This document shows positions 38,401-53,005 of a stretch of DNA of 64,000 nucleotides, one piece after another. The position numbers were made by a program, and so were the translations under genes. Source of the DNA: Octopus sinensis (taxonomy: Eukaryota); NCBI RefSeq assembly GCF_006345805.1, contig NC_042999.1, forward strand, positions 86,056,001 to 86,120,000. The letters run 5' to 3'. Under the pieces are notes generated by a model. It searched no databases, was not told the origin of the DNA, and worked only from the letters and a program-made list of their open reading frames with translations. Each line of letters opens with the position of its first letter. Position 1 is the first letter of the stretch.

Positions 38401-38701
38401 GCATATATACATACTACTAGAATTCTGCAGCATGCTGTACGAAGTAGGCGTATATATATGTTTTGTTTTAATATGTTAGAAGGATACAGTTTGTGATTGG
38501 TGAGATTTTCTAACTAGTATAATTGAGTTTAATTTAATTATTAGTAAAGAAGTTAATGACTGATATTGGTGTGTTGATTCGCTGTTTAATTACACTCTGG
38601 ATATTAATTGGACTAATAAATGCACAGGAACATAGGAGGAGATATGTATATTTTAAGATTGGTAGCTTGAGTAATAAGATACAGTGTTATGCACATGTAT
38701 G

Positions 38702-38733
<32 letters not shown>

Positions 38734-38999
38734 TATACATACATACATAGCATATATATACACATACATATACACACATATATATATACATATACATTTG
38801 TATATATATATATATATATATATATACTTTTAACTTAGACACTACCTTATCTATCTTCACTCACCCTTCAGGGTATATAAATCTTGAAGGGCATATTGTA
38901 TAGTTGGGAAAGAAATAAAGATTGGAACTTACCATTAGAGGGTAATGTATTCCTACACCACACTATATCTTCCTCTTTTACAACACTTTATTCTTATCT

Positions 39000-39278
39000 T
39001 ATTCATCAAACTCATTATCATCAAACTCTGGTCACTACTGTCTTGAGTCTTTGGACTCAGAGCTGTTTACTCGCTTTCCATCACTGAAAGCAGACCATTT
39101 CCCCTCAACGAAGACAGCAGTCTGTTGCAGGGTTACTTATTTACAGCGAAGTGAATTGGTGCAACGTGAAATGAAGTGTTTTTGCTCAAGAAAACAATGC
39201 ACCGCCCAACCTGGGAATCGAAATCACGATTTTGCTATCGTGAGTGAGTGCAACATCCTAACCACTCGGCCATACGCT
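39000..39278 (-). mobile_element. tRNA-derived SINE (family B head, third tail type)
   Basis: Minus strand TGGCCGAGTGGTTAGG (A box), GATTTCGATTCCC (B box) and TTGAGCAAAAACAC core. Confidence 0.75.
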
Positions 39279-39382
39279 TTCACTTATCCTACGGAAAGCG
39301 TAAAAAATATAAAACACTAGCTAACTCACACTTTTGGTACTAAAATGTTTCCCAACATTAAACCACATGAAGGCCACCCATA

Positions 39383-39418
<36 letters not shown>

Positions 39419-39422
<4 letters not shown>

Positions 39423-39598
39423 GTGGAAAAGTTCTTGGCTTTGAGGGTCTCGTGAAAGGCCTAGTTGGAAGCCCAACCTTCTGAGTTCTTATACAGGGCT
39501 TAAAAAAACTAAACGACCGTTGCAATAAGTGCGTGAATCATAATTAGCTGATCCTCCTGTATTTTTTTTTACTGAAGGCGAGGCGCATTTTAGCACCA
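39419..39598. mobile_element. Mariner-derived MITE, decayed
   Basis: GGGTGGAAAAGTTCTTGGCTT start resembles mariner TIRs; degenerate inverted end near TTTTAGCACC. Confidence 0.5.
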
Positions 39599-39635
39599 TG
39601 TCCTATTTAAAGCTTGGTAGCTTACACTACCAAGC

Positions 39636-39726
<91 letters not shown>

Positions 39727-39878
39727 CCTATGCTACTATGTATTTGTTAATCCAATTAATGCCTAGATTGTAATAAAATAAAAAGCTACACAGATCCGTT
39801 ATTAATTTACTCATTCTCAATTTAGTAAAAATGCATGTGTGTTTGTGAGTGTGTGTATGTGTGTACGTGTGTACGTAC

Positions 39879-39913
<35 letters not shown>

Positions 39914-40212
39914 TGTGTGTGTGTGTATATGTGTCTATTTCGTAGCCAAGACATGTGCGAATCAGCATTTTAGGAATTTCAACAAAACGGCTGACTTCAT
40001 TATTAAATTCATGTATACTTCACGTGAAATTAGTAACTTCTTTCAGGCTCAAAATTTACAAATTTTTCGTTGCATGACAATAATAAATATGATTGACTCA
40101 GCAAAAGATGAACTTAAGGGACCAAACTGCTAATTTATTATTATTTCTGAAAAATAATTTCTCTTCCACTTATGATCTCTACCGGTTTTTGACCGATTCT
40201 AACAATCCAAAT

Positions 40213-40245
<33 letters not shown>

Positions 40246-40844
40246 ATACACACACTGACAATCACACACATACATATATACACATAAGTCGCCCTTCTTT
40301 AGGTTTAGACTATCACTTGTTAAGTATCTATCTACCTGTCCGTCCGTCTGTATGTTTCTATGCCTGTCTATCTGTTTAAAATCTTTTAAGAGACTTGTCT
40401 CAGACTAAATAGTACAAATAGCGTTGCTCACTTCTTAATTAAATGCTCTTTCAAGTGCGTATATCAATTTAACTTAAACCTTGTCAGCTTCCGCACAAAT
40501 CAGTAAATGTTTAGTTGCTGATTTCTACACATAAGTGAAAGGTCTGACTTGGCTCAAAATGAATGTGAGTGTGCATCACTGAGGAGGTGAAATTAAGCCC
40601 AAACACTGGTGTTTGACGTCCTGTTCATGACATTCTGAATAAGCGCTGTATTTTAAATACACTAGGTTTCGTACGAGAAGTTTATCTAAAATAAAATCTT
40701 ACAGCTAGTATCTTTCTCCGTTTGTATATACAATCTAAATGACATACACATAGTTATTTTAGTCGAATGCTGTTTTACGTGCATCTGTCTACCTACCTAC
40801 CTACCTACCTACCTACCTACCTACCTTCCTACCCACCTACGTAC

Positions 40845-40922
<78 letters not shown>

Positions 40923-41483
40923 GTCTGTCTGTCTGTCTGTCTGTGTCTGTCTGTCTGTCTGTCTGTCTATTAACGTTTGTTTTTATGTATAGATAAAGCG
41001 CTGCTAGACGTGAATTGAAAGATCACTCAATGAAATTAAGCAGAATATCACATTTTATGTTGCATGGAAAATGTTCGCATTTTATTTATAATGAAAAAGT
41101 GATTTCGAAGTTTCAGTAGTCATTGACATCCTTAAATTGAAAAACTTTTGATATTTAGAATATTTTGCAGATTTTCGTTTCATTTGGGTGGCGGGTAGTT
41201 TACTAGTTATAATGTAGGTGTGGTTTAATAATGTATATTTTTGACGTAATAAAAGCAACGTTAATGGATTGTTTGATTGGGTGAACAGAAATAAGAAACT
41301 GTAATTAATATTTATTATTATGTTAATATGTTAACTAATTAAAGCTAAGATTTTTTAAACCGAGGAGTTACATAAGATGGGAATGCAAAGGGAAAGAAGT
41401 AGACTGTAGAGAGAAACGAAGGGGAGAAGAAAAAGGTTTGTTGGGTGCTTGAGAAAGGACGAAGAATATAGACTAATTTTTTT

Positions 41484-41605
<122 letters not shown>

Positions 41606-42116
41606 TATAAATATACTTGTATGAAAATGCATATAAACGCCCATCACATATATCAAACGCGTAAATGCACATCCATGAAAATTTATGCAAACATACGATG
41701 TACATATGTTATCAGTAGCTCTTCCTGCAAGAATAAACCATGCAACGCATGTTTTAAGTATACAAGTGACTTCAAATAACTTATCTGATTTTATAATATT
41801 TCTTTCATTTTAATGAGGGGTCGAAAGAGAGCATATACATACTATATAAATGATGTGGCTTCTAGTTCAATCTAGTTTACATAAGAGAATTTACCCCTGA
41901 TACACATTCACATACTCGTATACATTGATACAAACACGGCCCACACGTGTGTATTATTTAAATCAAGCTATAAAGATAAAACACTGCGGTTTCATTTTGT
42001 GAATTAACAAAATCGCCAAATGAAATCGAGATTTGGATAATATGATTTTGATAATTCGCTATAGAAATCTGCAGAAAATATATTTTGAGTAAACAAATCA
42101 TATATCAATACAAACA

Positions 42117-42300
42117 TGTGGAGGCGCATGGCTTAGTGGCTAAGGTGCTGCGCTCATGACCGTAACATTGTGGTTTCGACGTCTGGACCGGGCGATGCGT
42201 TGTGTTCTTGAGCAAAACACTTCAGTTCACGCTGCTCAAGTCCACACAGCTGGTAAAAATGAGTAATTCTACAACATACTGGTGTCCCGTCCAAGAAAGA
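42117..42300 (+). mobile_element. tRNA-derived SINE (family B)
   Basis: A box TGGCTTAGTGG, B-box-like GTTTCGACGTC, core TTGTGTTCTTGAGCAAAACAC. Confidence 0.8.
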
Positions 42301-42699
42301 ATTAATATATACACCAGAGTGTATATATTGTGAATTAACTAAAGATAGAACGTGCAGGACTGTGAAACTTTTTGAGATATCCTTCTTTTGTCAAAAATCG
42401 TTCATATTGACACTGTCAATGAAACCCACTTCGAATGTTTTCGAAAAAAATCACTAAAGTAATTTCATGTTCCTACTTCTAGTTCACTTTGGAGGAAAAG
42501 TGTATCTCAGTTCCCGGGGTTAACAAAATATTTTACACCTGATCTAACTTAGCAACTGACAATTGAATGTCTTGACCATGATTAGAGTGCAGTGCCAACG
42601 AAATAGAGCATTAACTCTACGACTGTATGTTTGATACCCTTTTAGTTCAGTCACTGTTGAGATAGCAAATGGATTTCAATTTCTGATATCTCACATAAA

Positions 42700-44880
42700 A
42701 TACCACTTCACTCAATGTACTTTGTTGAACAGATATAAACAAATGAAATTTACCTAAAATTTGACTGAAATTTTTCAACACAAATAGATGGCAAGATTCA
42801 TTGAACTCAGACTCGAAAACCAGATGTACCAGGCAGGGATTTCATATGAAGTTGATAAGAGAAAAGTAAATTCAGTAAATAAATTATTACATCGGTATAA
42901 CGAATACGGAGAAAATACACAATAAAAGGAAACAATTAAAATGAGGGGCCATAACCAAGAATATTATATAGTAAATCAAGCCAAAAAGACGTAAAGTGAG
43001 TATAGAAAGCTTTGTACACAGATCCATCAGAATTGATTGCACAAAAATATAAAAAAGGAGGGAAGTAAAGGGCCGCAATACAAAACAAATGATAGAACAT
43101 CTGAAAAAAAAATAAGCAAAAAGCACACGAGTTGATTACTTCATTTAAGGGAGCCCATGCATAGAACAAACCCTTATCCTACAATGAATGCAATAGTAAT
43201 AAGTAAAATCGATGAGGCATTGAAAGGAAAACAATACCAACTACAGTAAAACAACTAAAAAGCGAGGAAACCAATATGAAATATACTCATAAGACAAACA
43301 AAACAAAACCCGAGGTAAAAAGGGGAAGCGAAAAATTTTATATAAAGAAATAGCATAATTGTAAATATACGAGATCGCGAAGAAAATTTCAAAAATAGCA
43401 TCTAAAAAGAAAAGTAGAACGGTGCAAAAACAGAACAAAACAAAACAAAACAAAAGAAAAAACCCACTAAAAATGAAAACTAAAATTCCAAGAAATATAA
43501 GAAAAAATACTTCAAAATATGGTGAAATTGATAGAGGAAAACAATTTTGAGTAAGAATTTCTGTGAAAAGAATAAGAAAATAGAAGATAACAACTCATGT
43601 ACAGACGTCATTAACAGAAGAGAACGCAATGAAAAATGCCTGAAGTTCTTGGAAACATAGAGAAAATGATGGTCAGAAGGCAACGAAGGTATATGCACAA
43701 ATGTAATATTAAGCTTCCGAGTAGAGGAAGAAGCTGGATATTATTAGAGGAAAGGGACCGCGACAGCAAATTTCCTATGGAATATCTGGGCGTATTCAAA
43801 TTGATACCAATGGTTGTAGGATTCCTAAAAGCTCCTATATCTGAATAGAAGCTTGAGGTGATGCTTACCCTCAAGCAAACTCCTATAACTAGATCGGTAT
43901 TTGCTTAAAGTGGAATACTTTAATAGCACTAATTTTCCTATTTTTATTTATTTTCTACTGCTTCCACCGAATTTAAGGAAAAGTGCCTGTAACTTATGAA
44001 AAAAAAAAAAACTACCTGATACACAAGAACAATATCAAACTTACCTGTACACCAGAGACTTTAAAAATTCTTCAGATTTACTACTAGTACAGAGTTTGAT
44101 ATCGTGAAGTGTAGACTTACCAAGTCTGAAATAAAGCAACAAACTAGAAATAGAATTACAATCCGACGAAGAATATTCTTATCGCTGTACCATTGATGTG
44201 GACTATATACAGCATTCCACTACGGAAGAAAATAAAGCATGGAAGGAGTATTTTAGAGGTCGGAGGATTATTCTAAAAAGTGAACTTTGGAATGAAAACA
44301 AAACAGGTAGTGTAAATATTTACTCAGCTACTTTGATATCAAGAAAAAAACGTAAAAAGAAATTAGGAACTGAAGTTTAAATTAAAATATCTTTAAAAAT
44401 CAAAGAATGCGTCATTGAAAAGACAGATGTACACTGCAGCTAAGCACCCAAGAGAAAAAAAGAGCTTCTTCAAACAATTTCCTAGTAGTCATTTCCAAAT
44501 GCATTGCTGTTAAAGAAAACAAAATACTCTTGAAATGATATACACATATCAACCTTCACACAAACCAATCGGCGAACTAATCGGCCTATCCATGCAATTT
44601 CTAGGAAATTTTAAAAAGTGTACGAGCGGAAAATATTTGAAAGAGAACAAAAGATACCAGATAGAGAATAGAAGCAATACACGGACCGTCAAAACAACGG
44701 TACTTGATGCCGACTGTGCCATCATAAAGATAAATGGTTAAAATAACCAAACGAGAAGAAAACCAAAAGAAAATAAAAACAAACCAGATGGAAAATATTA
44801 CATTATGTAGCTGAAGATGCATTAATTTGGTTATATGAAATACATCACGGACAAACAAAGCTGTGTGTCACATATGTAGC
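42700..44880 (+). mobile_element. Old RLE-type (R4/Dong-like) LINE remnant
   Basis: A-rich + strand; broken frames SWI...EYLGVFKLIPMVVGFLK (RT), TEFDIVKC (cf. MEFG..KC), KEYFRGRRIILKSELWNENK (cf. KEY.RR.R.ILKSELN..NK). Confidence 0.6.
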
Positions 44881-45239
44881 TAAAAGTAATAAAGTAGACG
44901 ATCTCTATCCTCATAGACATGGCACCGTCGCTTCAATGTTGAGCGGTGTCTAACCAGTGCCGCAACTCTTCTTAGAACTGTCCAAATTGCAATCCCACAA
45001 TTGTTAATTCCACAATCCTTAAGTTCTTCCGTCGCCCAAAAGAATCTCCTCCAACTTCGCAGAATCTTCTCTTCCCCCACTTCTCAATAATGATAATTCT
45101 GTGAGCAGTATTTCAGCGAAGAAAGTATTCACTTTCACTCACCGTATTGTATCAAACACCCATACCGCATGCACTTGGCACATTACCACATTTACCCCAC
45201 TTCTACCCAGCATGTTTACTGCCTTACAGTCACACCCTC

Positions 45240-45950
45240 TAACTTTAAAATGAACTTTTTGTCATTTCAGACCATCCAGACTACCAACCTGAGAGTGTTA
45301 CTTATATTAACTCCACATATTGCATCAAAGACATAACTGCTCAACTAACTCCTCAATCTCTCCCTCTCTACAGGATTAATATTCTGATCTTTGGAAACAC
45401 ACTAAAATGTGTTACATTTCCAAGAAGGAAAACTACTCTAACCCTTCCAACTATCATCCTCTCGAACTCACTTCCAGTATCTCAAATGTAATGGAGACAG
45501 TTATTAACAACGACGTCTTTCAATACTTTGAATCTGTATCCCACCACATCTTAACCATTTTGGCCCTCGTAAAGTCAAATACAATGGATGCTTCCTCACT
45601 TAGGTCACCCGACGGTTTGGTTAAATCATAGTTGTAGTCCTCGACATAAGCAGATTTTTCAGTAATGTCAGTCGTGCGAATTTCCAATTGAAACTTCATA
45701 TCTATGAGCCCCTCCCATCTTTCATCTCTCTCTCTTATCAGATCACACTTTTTAACAGTGTGTGTTGGCGGATATCCCATATAAATTCGTGTATGACACA
45801 GGGTGATCCTAACTTTTTCCTTTCAATAGATGAATAGCCATCACGTCTAACAACGCTTACTCTCATAAAGATTACATTACTATCCAAACTCCACAAATTT
45901 CTCCAGAGTGCTTAACCTTTTCTTTTATGCTGGCAAGGCTGATCAAAAAT
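45240..45950 (+). mobile_element. APE-type LINE RT fragment (Jockey/CR1/L2-like)
   Basis: ISKKENYSNPSNYHPLELTSSISNVMETVINN matches RT motif P..KKG...PSNYRPISLTS..SK..E..IN. Confidence 0.75.
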
Positions 45951-47084
45951 ATAAATACATAATGGTTTCTGTTTAAGGCACGAGGATAACGAGGTAAGTG
46001 GTTAGTCGATTCCATCGACATTGAACTCCGCTGGTATATCATTTCATCGAACCCGAAAGGATGAAGCCTTGTGCTTTTAGTAGATATGATTATAGGTACA
46101 TTAGTTTATGTACCTACAACTTTACACAAAAACCTAGAAATACTCGGACTTTTGAAGAAAGGGTAAAAGAAACTGACTATTAGAGGCACAGTGGAAATTG
46201 TAAGATGTTCCAAAGAGTCTCCATCTGAGGCGCTTTAGATGAATTGATGCACACATTTGGGTGTAAGCATCTTCAGCTCAACCCTCACATCAAATCAACC
46301 TCATATTTACAAACACCGAGACTCTCTTAATTCAAAATACACATAAATGCAAGACTATCTCACAATACATTTGTTGTACCCGTACTGATACCATCATACG
46401 CATATCTATATCTGTGTATGTATTGATACATGCATGTAGGGCGGTATGGATGTGTGTGTGTGTGTGTGTGTGTGTATATGACACACACATACACACAGAG
46501 AAAAAATCCACTGAACAGTGAGCACTTTTATTTTAGATTGTAGTAAGGCATCCCTATTGCCTTAAAAGAAAATACTGTGTCGCCATAAATGACATTAACA
46601 CCTTACTAAACATGGTTCGGTTACCCAAACACGGTTTGAGTGTAACGAAATAACGGTAGACTGGAATGTAAGCTTTGTAAATTTTCCCACCAAATACTCC
46701 GACCGAAATTTCAGGTTGCTTGATAGAGCGTTTTAAAAGCTGTGATATTGAATTCTTAACCGGAATAGCTTCAGGTATTACACAGAATTCTGTCGGTCAG
46801 CAATAGGCTGTTCTCCTTTTTCTACATATTTTGTCTTTAACAACTGTGAAAAATTTACTTATAAATAAACAATAGTTTATGTTAGGAAAATTTTTAACTA
46901 TTACTTTCGCTATTTCTTGTATGATGTTGTATTAAATAATTCTACATATGTAAATACAAATGTTCGGATAATAATAATAGATGGAAACTTATACAAATAT
47001 TAATGTAATCATTCTCGTCTTCAAACGCAGCATACTTAGTATTGTGTATTAACTAACACAAAATAATGACTAAGACCTACAAGA

Positions 47085-47126
<42 letters not shown>

Positions 47127-47612
47127 TGTGTGTGTGTGTCACGAATGTCGTATCGAAAATATTTTATAGTTATATCTTCTTATTGAGGTTCTTTTCATAT
47201 TTTCTATAAGGCGTTTGAAGATGCGAGCCCACCATACCATTACTACATGGAACAAGTGTAACACTGTATTCCATAATGCAAATGAAATTTTTATAGCAAA
47301 ACATTAGTGGACGAAATATCTATAACATATATAAGAGGAATCCTTACTCACAATAGAGGAGAGTGCTAAAATACATATGCAGACATCGTATATACGTTGC
47401 AAACAGAATAGACATGAATGTGACTGATGATTTGTAACTCTAATGTTTAAATTTCAAACTTCGGTGATAAATTTCACACACGCCAGTAACAAATCACCAC
47501 CTGAAAATGAAACTGTGAAAGTGTAGAACCGTTGATGATGGATTTATGAACTTTACTGTCCATAAACTGTTCCAAACAAACTGCAAAGTATTCATACTAG
47601 AATATGATAAAG

Positions 47613-48454
47613 CTTAACTTTACAAATAAATACATGAAATTTTGATATAATATAAAGGACGTAACGGAAATTAATATGGATAAGTCAAATTTTGCAACAC
47701 AACTACATCACATATGAAAAATGACATCGCCTAAATGGCAGCCATTTTCGGCTTCGCACGCCCGTACTCATTCCAAAACTTGCACCATAACATCCTCAAG
47801 AGTTTCAAACCCTACTTCTCTGATTTCTCTATTGACGTTCTCCTTCAGTTGCACCAGGGTATCCAGTTTGTTGACGTAAACCCTCTCTTTCAGGTATCCC
47901 CAGAAGAAAAAAATCCGGGCTAGTCAAGTCTGGGGAACGTGAAGGCCATTCAAAGTAGACTTCACACATGGTTTCAGCAAGATGGACCGACTGCTCATAC
48001 GCAAGAGAAACAATGCTGTTGCTTCGGCAGTGCTTTGGAGAAAGAATAATCTCCCGCTACGGCAATGACAACTGACCTTCACGTTCCCTAGACTTGTCTA
48101 GCCTGAAGTTTTTCTTGTGGGAATACCTGAAAGAGAAGGTTTACGTCAACAAATCGGGGACCCTGGTGCAACTGAAGGAGAAAATCAATAGAGAAATCAG
48201 AGAAGTGAGGTCTGAAACTCTTGAGGGTGTTATGGTGCAAGTTTTGGAATGAGTACGGGCGTGCGAAGCCGAAAATGGCTGCCATTTAAGCGATGTCATT
48301 TTTCATATGTGATGTAGTGGTATTGCAAAATTTGACTTATGCATATTAATTAGCATTATGTCCTTTATATTGTATCAAAATTTCATGCATTTATTAGTAA
48401 AGTTAAGAAAGTTATTAAAAATTGAAACTTATCAATGACTTTTAAGACACGCTG
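47613..48454. mobile_element. Foldback element made from two inverted 3' ends of a DD41D (rosa/VS-type) mariner
   Basis: 47613-47950 is an inverted copy of 48070-48408. The + strand encodes WFQQDGPTAH...SRSLDLSSL.FFLWEYLKEKVY, and the inverted arm keeps WPSRSPDLTSPDFF. There are 41 residues between the D positions. Right terminus ...GACACGCTG|TA. Confidence 0.85.
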
Positions 48455-50544
48455 TATATGGATATTGGTTTGATCCTTACCAGAAACCAATATTTACATG
48501 TTGCTATAAGCGACTGGGTTGTTAGAAGATTATATCTCAGGTTGTACATCTGTTTCATTTCATTCTCCTTATACACTTATGTCTCTTCGAAAAACATTTT
48601 TACTCAACTCAAAAATTCTCCATACGTTGTATCGATGATATATAAATATATAAATATATTGAAACGCGTGCATTCTGATGGGGACAGTAAACAATAATAT
48701 AGTATAGGATATATAACTAGATTTGAATTTAAAGGATACGATTAATGTAGACAATGGGAGAAAACGAATCAGTTTCGTAATTACAAAACACAGAATAAAA
48801 AAAAAACAAAAACAATATAAACTGTAATTGCATTCAGTTACTTTATACTATTAAACAGTGATTAATTACTTCTACCTCGAAAAGAAAAATCAAGTAATTC
48901 TTGGAAACAACAGGAAGCTACGTCATGAGAATGATTCAAAATACAATGTTAATGACAGGAAAACAATTAGACTAATCCTGAATGAGGAATTTGAAACACA
49001 ATGTTCATCCCTATTTTTGACTATAAACAACCTTTGCTGCAAGAGGAGCCAATTCTGAGAAGTAGAGGCTATTGTAGTAGCGGTGAAAGATGCAGTGAGT
49101 GGAGACATTACATATGTGAACCTGAAACCGGAGTGAGTCTATGAATGACTTAATGCCATATACTTGAATGACCTTTAATCCGATGTGGTCTAGGATATCT
49201 GTGTAATTAAGAAAGTGAGGGTAGAACAAAAATGCTGTATTTAGGAAAAAGAAAAAGAAAAAACAAAACAGGGAGTTTATGAAGGGAATGTTATTTAAAA
49301 ATGATTCTTGGTGAAATATCAAACTCCAGAAGACATATTCAGAAGATATGTGTCCGATAGAGAAATATAAAATGGGCAGCAGTAAGGCAGCGGGCATAAC
49401 TGGAACTAGATTGCAAATGAAAATTACTGTTTAAACAGACTGAGTTAGTAATTAGAATATTTCAATTACGTTAAATAAAGGTGATTATATAGGCCTTACT
49501 AAAGTTAATTAATGTTGTATCTTAAGGCGGGGAGGCAACAATTAAATAAACTTTAATTAGTAAGAGAGAGTCTTAGGATGTATCAGTAAAATGAAAAGGA
49601 AGGATACAGTATATTAAAATGAATTAAAGGGATTAAATTAAATTATATTGAATTAATTAGCACTAAGTAATCTACGTAAACGTGTGATATGATTTAACCC
49701 AAACGTTATAGGATTTAAAAATACGTAAGTGGTACGATGAAGTAACTATAGGAGTAGGAGCAGAAGAACGAAATAAATCACTGAAAATAAGTATCTTGGA
49801 GACTACATGGAGTGATTTAAATCATGAAAGTCAAGGGGTAAAACAAGTTATTGAAACTGAATCAAAAGATATAAGGGTAAAAAGTAAAAACAATTATAGA
49901 ACGAATACATTAATAGAAGCTTACCTTTAATAATCCTTTCATTTATTTACTTATTCTATCACGTTTATCCTATTTCTTTTTGCTCAATAAACCAGTTCCA
50001 ATAACTAACTTCTGCCTTCTCCACGACGTTTCTTTGATTAACATTTTTTTAACAAGGTTCACCGCACATTTTGCTAGTTCAGTCGTATTAGTTGTTTTAG
50101 CATAATTTAATTTAGTGCTTATAAATTATTCATTAATATAGATAGCAGTGTGCTTCCATTTCTCGCTATGTTTGTCCTTCCCACAATAACTCTGATCATT
50201 CTAGAATCTTGTTTACTGTAAACTAACTAGAGTTACTGTCATATAACTAATTATGCTGGTTAACACAAATTTGTAAGTAACAAATACTTAAACAGTGTTA
50301 TTATTGGAAACGCATGTTTATCGCAAATATGCAAATAATAAATTTGTCTTAAATCTATTTCAATATATAATTTTTATTTCGAAAATTATCATTAATATCA
50401 TTATTATAAGAACGTACAATTACTGTACTTTTAAGAAGTACAATAACTAAAAAATTTTAAGAACGTACAATTATTGTACTTAAGTAATTATTACTTAACA
50501 CTCTTGTCTTGATAAAATGCATTCTTCGCATATTCTACTGAGGC

Positions 50545-50690
50545 AGCTTAAAACTCTCGACGTTGACTTTGCATTCTAGCCTTCGGAATCGATAAAATAA
50601 GTACCAGCCGAGCACTGGGGTCGACATAATCGACTTACTCCCTCCTGAAATTTCTGGCGTTCTACCAAAATTTCAAATGAATTTTAATTA
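50545..50690 (+). mobile_element. SINE family A, partial
   Basis: GTTGACTTTGC...GATAAAATAAGTACCAG...CTGGGGTCGAC. Confidence 0.75.
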
Positions 50691-50708
50691 GGATTTTCAA
50701 AAAAGTTT

Positions 50709-50740
<32 letters not shown>

Positions 50741-52933
50741 TACTACTACTACTACTATATAAAGACACATAATTAGTGTTATAACTATCATTCCTATGAT
50801 ATGTATATATATAAATATACATTAATCCATCGCTTTATGCAAGTAATGCGTTCCTGAAAACTTGGCTGTAACGAGAAATTTCGTAGTACTAAATTAATTT
50901 TCCTGCTGACTGTCATATTATCAAGTGGGAGTGCGTTTCTACGGACATTTTCGAAAAACAAAAGAAAAAGAAAAAAGAAAGACGCACAATAAAATAACAG
51001 AGGACAAGCAACATGATCACCTTTATACATGAAAATAACAATTTCTAAACAAACAGGTACGATATAGATACATAAAAGCACAAAAAACATCTCAAGAGGA
51101 ACACGTTGGGGAATTAATAAGAATCGTAATATCGTAAGAGTACGTTCTTATCATGAAATATATATGAGAGGGTGAAGGGCAGTGGTGGAATGAACGCATT
51201 CTAGGAGGATGAGGGACAATATTTACTATCGTATAGTTCAATATCACCGACATCAGCTTGAGTGGGGAAGAGCTTATCTGAAGTTGTTTGTTGTTTATGA
51301 TACATCATTCCTTTGTACAGCTCAGTATAGGAAGTGAGCTCACCGTGAACTCCTCTTGTAATTTTTATGTTACATTCACAATTGGGATCATTATCAGCAA
51401 AATCCTGCGGACCTTTCTCTATAAGTGCCAACTCTTTGGCAGAAAATTTTTGTGGCCAATTTAAGTGGCTTATCTGCATTCTCACTTTATTCTTTTATTT
51501 AAAAAATCTGCTCCTGGTTATTCTTTTACGTATTTCAGTCATATGACAGGGGCCATGCTAGAGCACCGCCTTTAGAAAAAATATGGACCGCTTCACGAAT
51601 TTGCATGTCATAAACTTTCTTTCTTGGACACTAGCAACTCAATCACATCATACTCTATATAGAATACAAAGATACTCAAAATTTCTATACTGCATATACA
51701 AATACTCAAAATCCACCAACTCAATACAGTTCCAGAAGTATCACATACCCTCTATTTTTTGGTAAGTCTCACAAAAGGTATTGCGTAACATCCGAATGTT
51801 ACATCTATGAATTAGTTTGAAGACATATCACATTTTAATTACGTTTATGTTTAAAAGTATATATTTAAAAGTAGGCCAAAGCAGGATATATATTCCTTCA
51901 GAGATGTCGAGAAATATATTCTGAATATTTTTAGTCTATTTCATAGTTTGGAATTTGAGGGAATTTCAGAAACTGTGACATTGTCTATTAAAACTGCCTT
52001 GCACTCACTGCCATTCGCATGCTAACTCCGTCGCCATTAATATAGGAAAGCAGTGAAAAATTTCTTATGCTGCAGCTACTTGGAGGGCTGAATAAATATC
52101 TGTTATATGTAACAGTTGCTGTACTAGATTAAATTAACCATCTGCGTATCATACTTAATGCAAATTAAGGCGAATTGGCTTCGGTATTCGTCCGGAGATA
52201 ATACCTCTTATGGATGTGCTATGCTTAAAAACAGAAATATACGAGCAGCAGATGAAAATCGTCTAACAGCATAGGTGAAAATTCTCGTTAACGTTTTTAC
52301 CTTATTCGACTTTCAATAGCAGTGCTCACTGACAATAGGTAAATAGTGATAAAAAATCACTGATCTTGCAATTAATCGTTCGGTTGAATAAAAATTCATT
52401 TTATGCAACAGAAGCAGAATTAGATTGAATAATCATCTGTATAACATACTTTCATACTTTATCTAGCCGAACGGCTAAATGCAACACTAGTGGTTGTTCA
52501 ATCACTGTTTTCCTATATCAGTAGTGCTAAATTTTGTTTTAGCATACGAATCAGAAATGTGCATCCAGCATTCTCACAGGCGCTGCTTGATGATTTTCGT
52601 CTACTATTCATATATTCGTGTTTTTAAACGCAGTGCATCGATAGCACATAGTATTTCCAGGCAAATGTGCAGTTAATTTGCCTTTTCTCGATGTATTTGC
52701 ATTAAGAATAATCCACAGGGAGCTCGCCCCGCTCCACTCCTCTCTCATATGTATGTATATATGCATACATATATATACATATATACATATACATACATGC
52801 ACACACACACACACGCGCATATATATATATATATATACACATACATACACACATGCATCTTATTGTATTTATATGTATCTCTGTAAGTCTATTTGTCTAT
52901 CTATATATGTATATATATTTGTGAATACACACT

Positions 52934-53005
<72 letters not shown>

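Noticed and set aside
44880-45100. Minus ORF with faint similarity to a maT/mariner C-terminus (IAIWTVL...H.STLKR)
   Set aside because: The SPDL motif and TIRs are missing; similarity is too weak to call.
49100-49420. KMGSSKAAGITG resembling the RTE-LINE MK.GKA.GPDG motif
   Set aside because: It is a single degenerate motif with no supporting neighbours in frame.
51700-51745. Minus-strand W-N-C resembling the upstream Wnt RWNCS motif
   Set aside because: The context (YFWNCIELVDF) has no CQ.QF or other Wnt residues, and a stop follows shortly.
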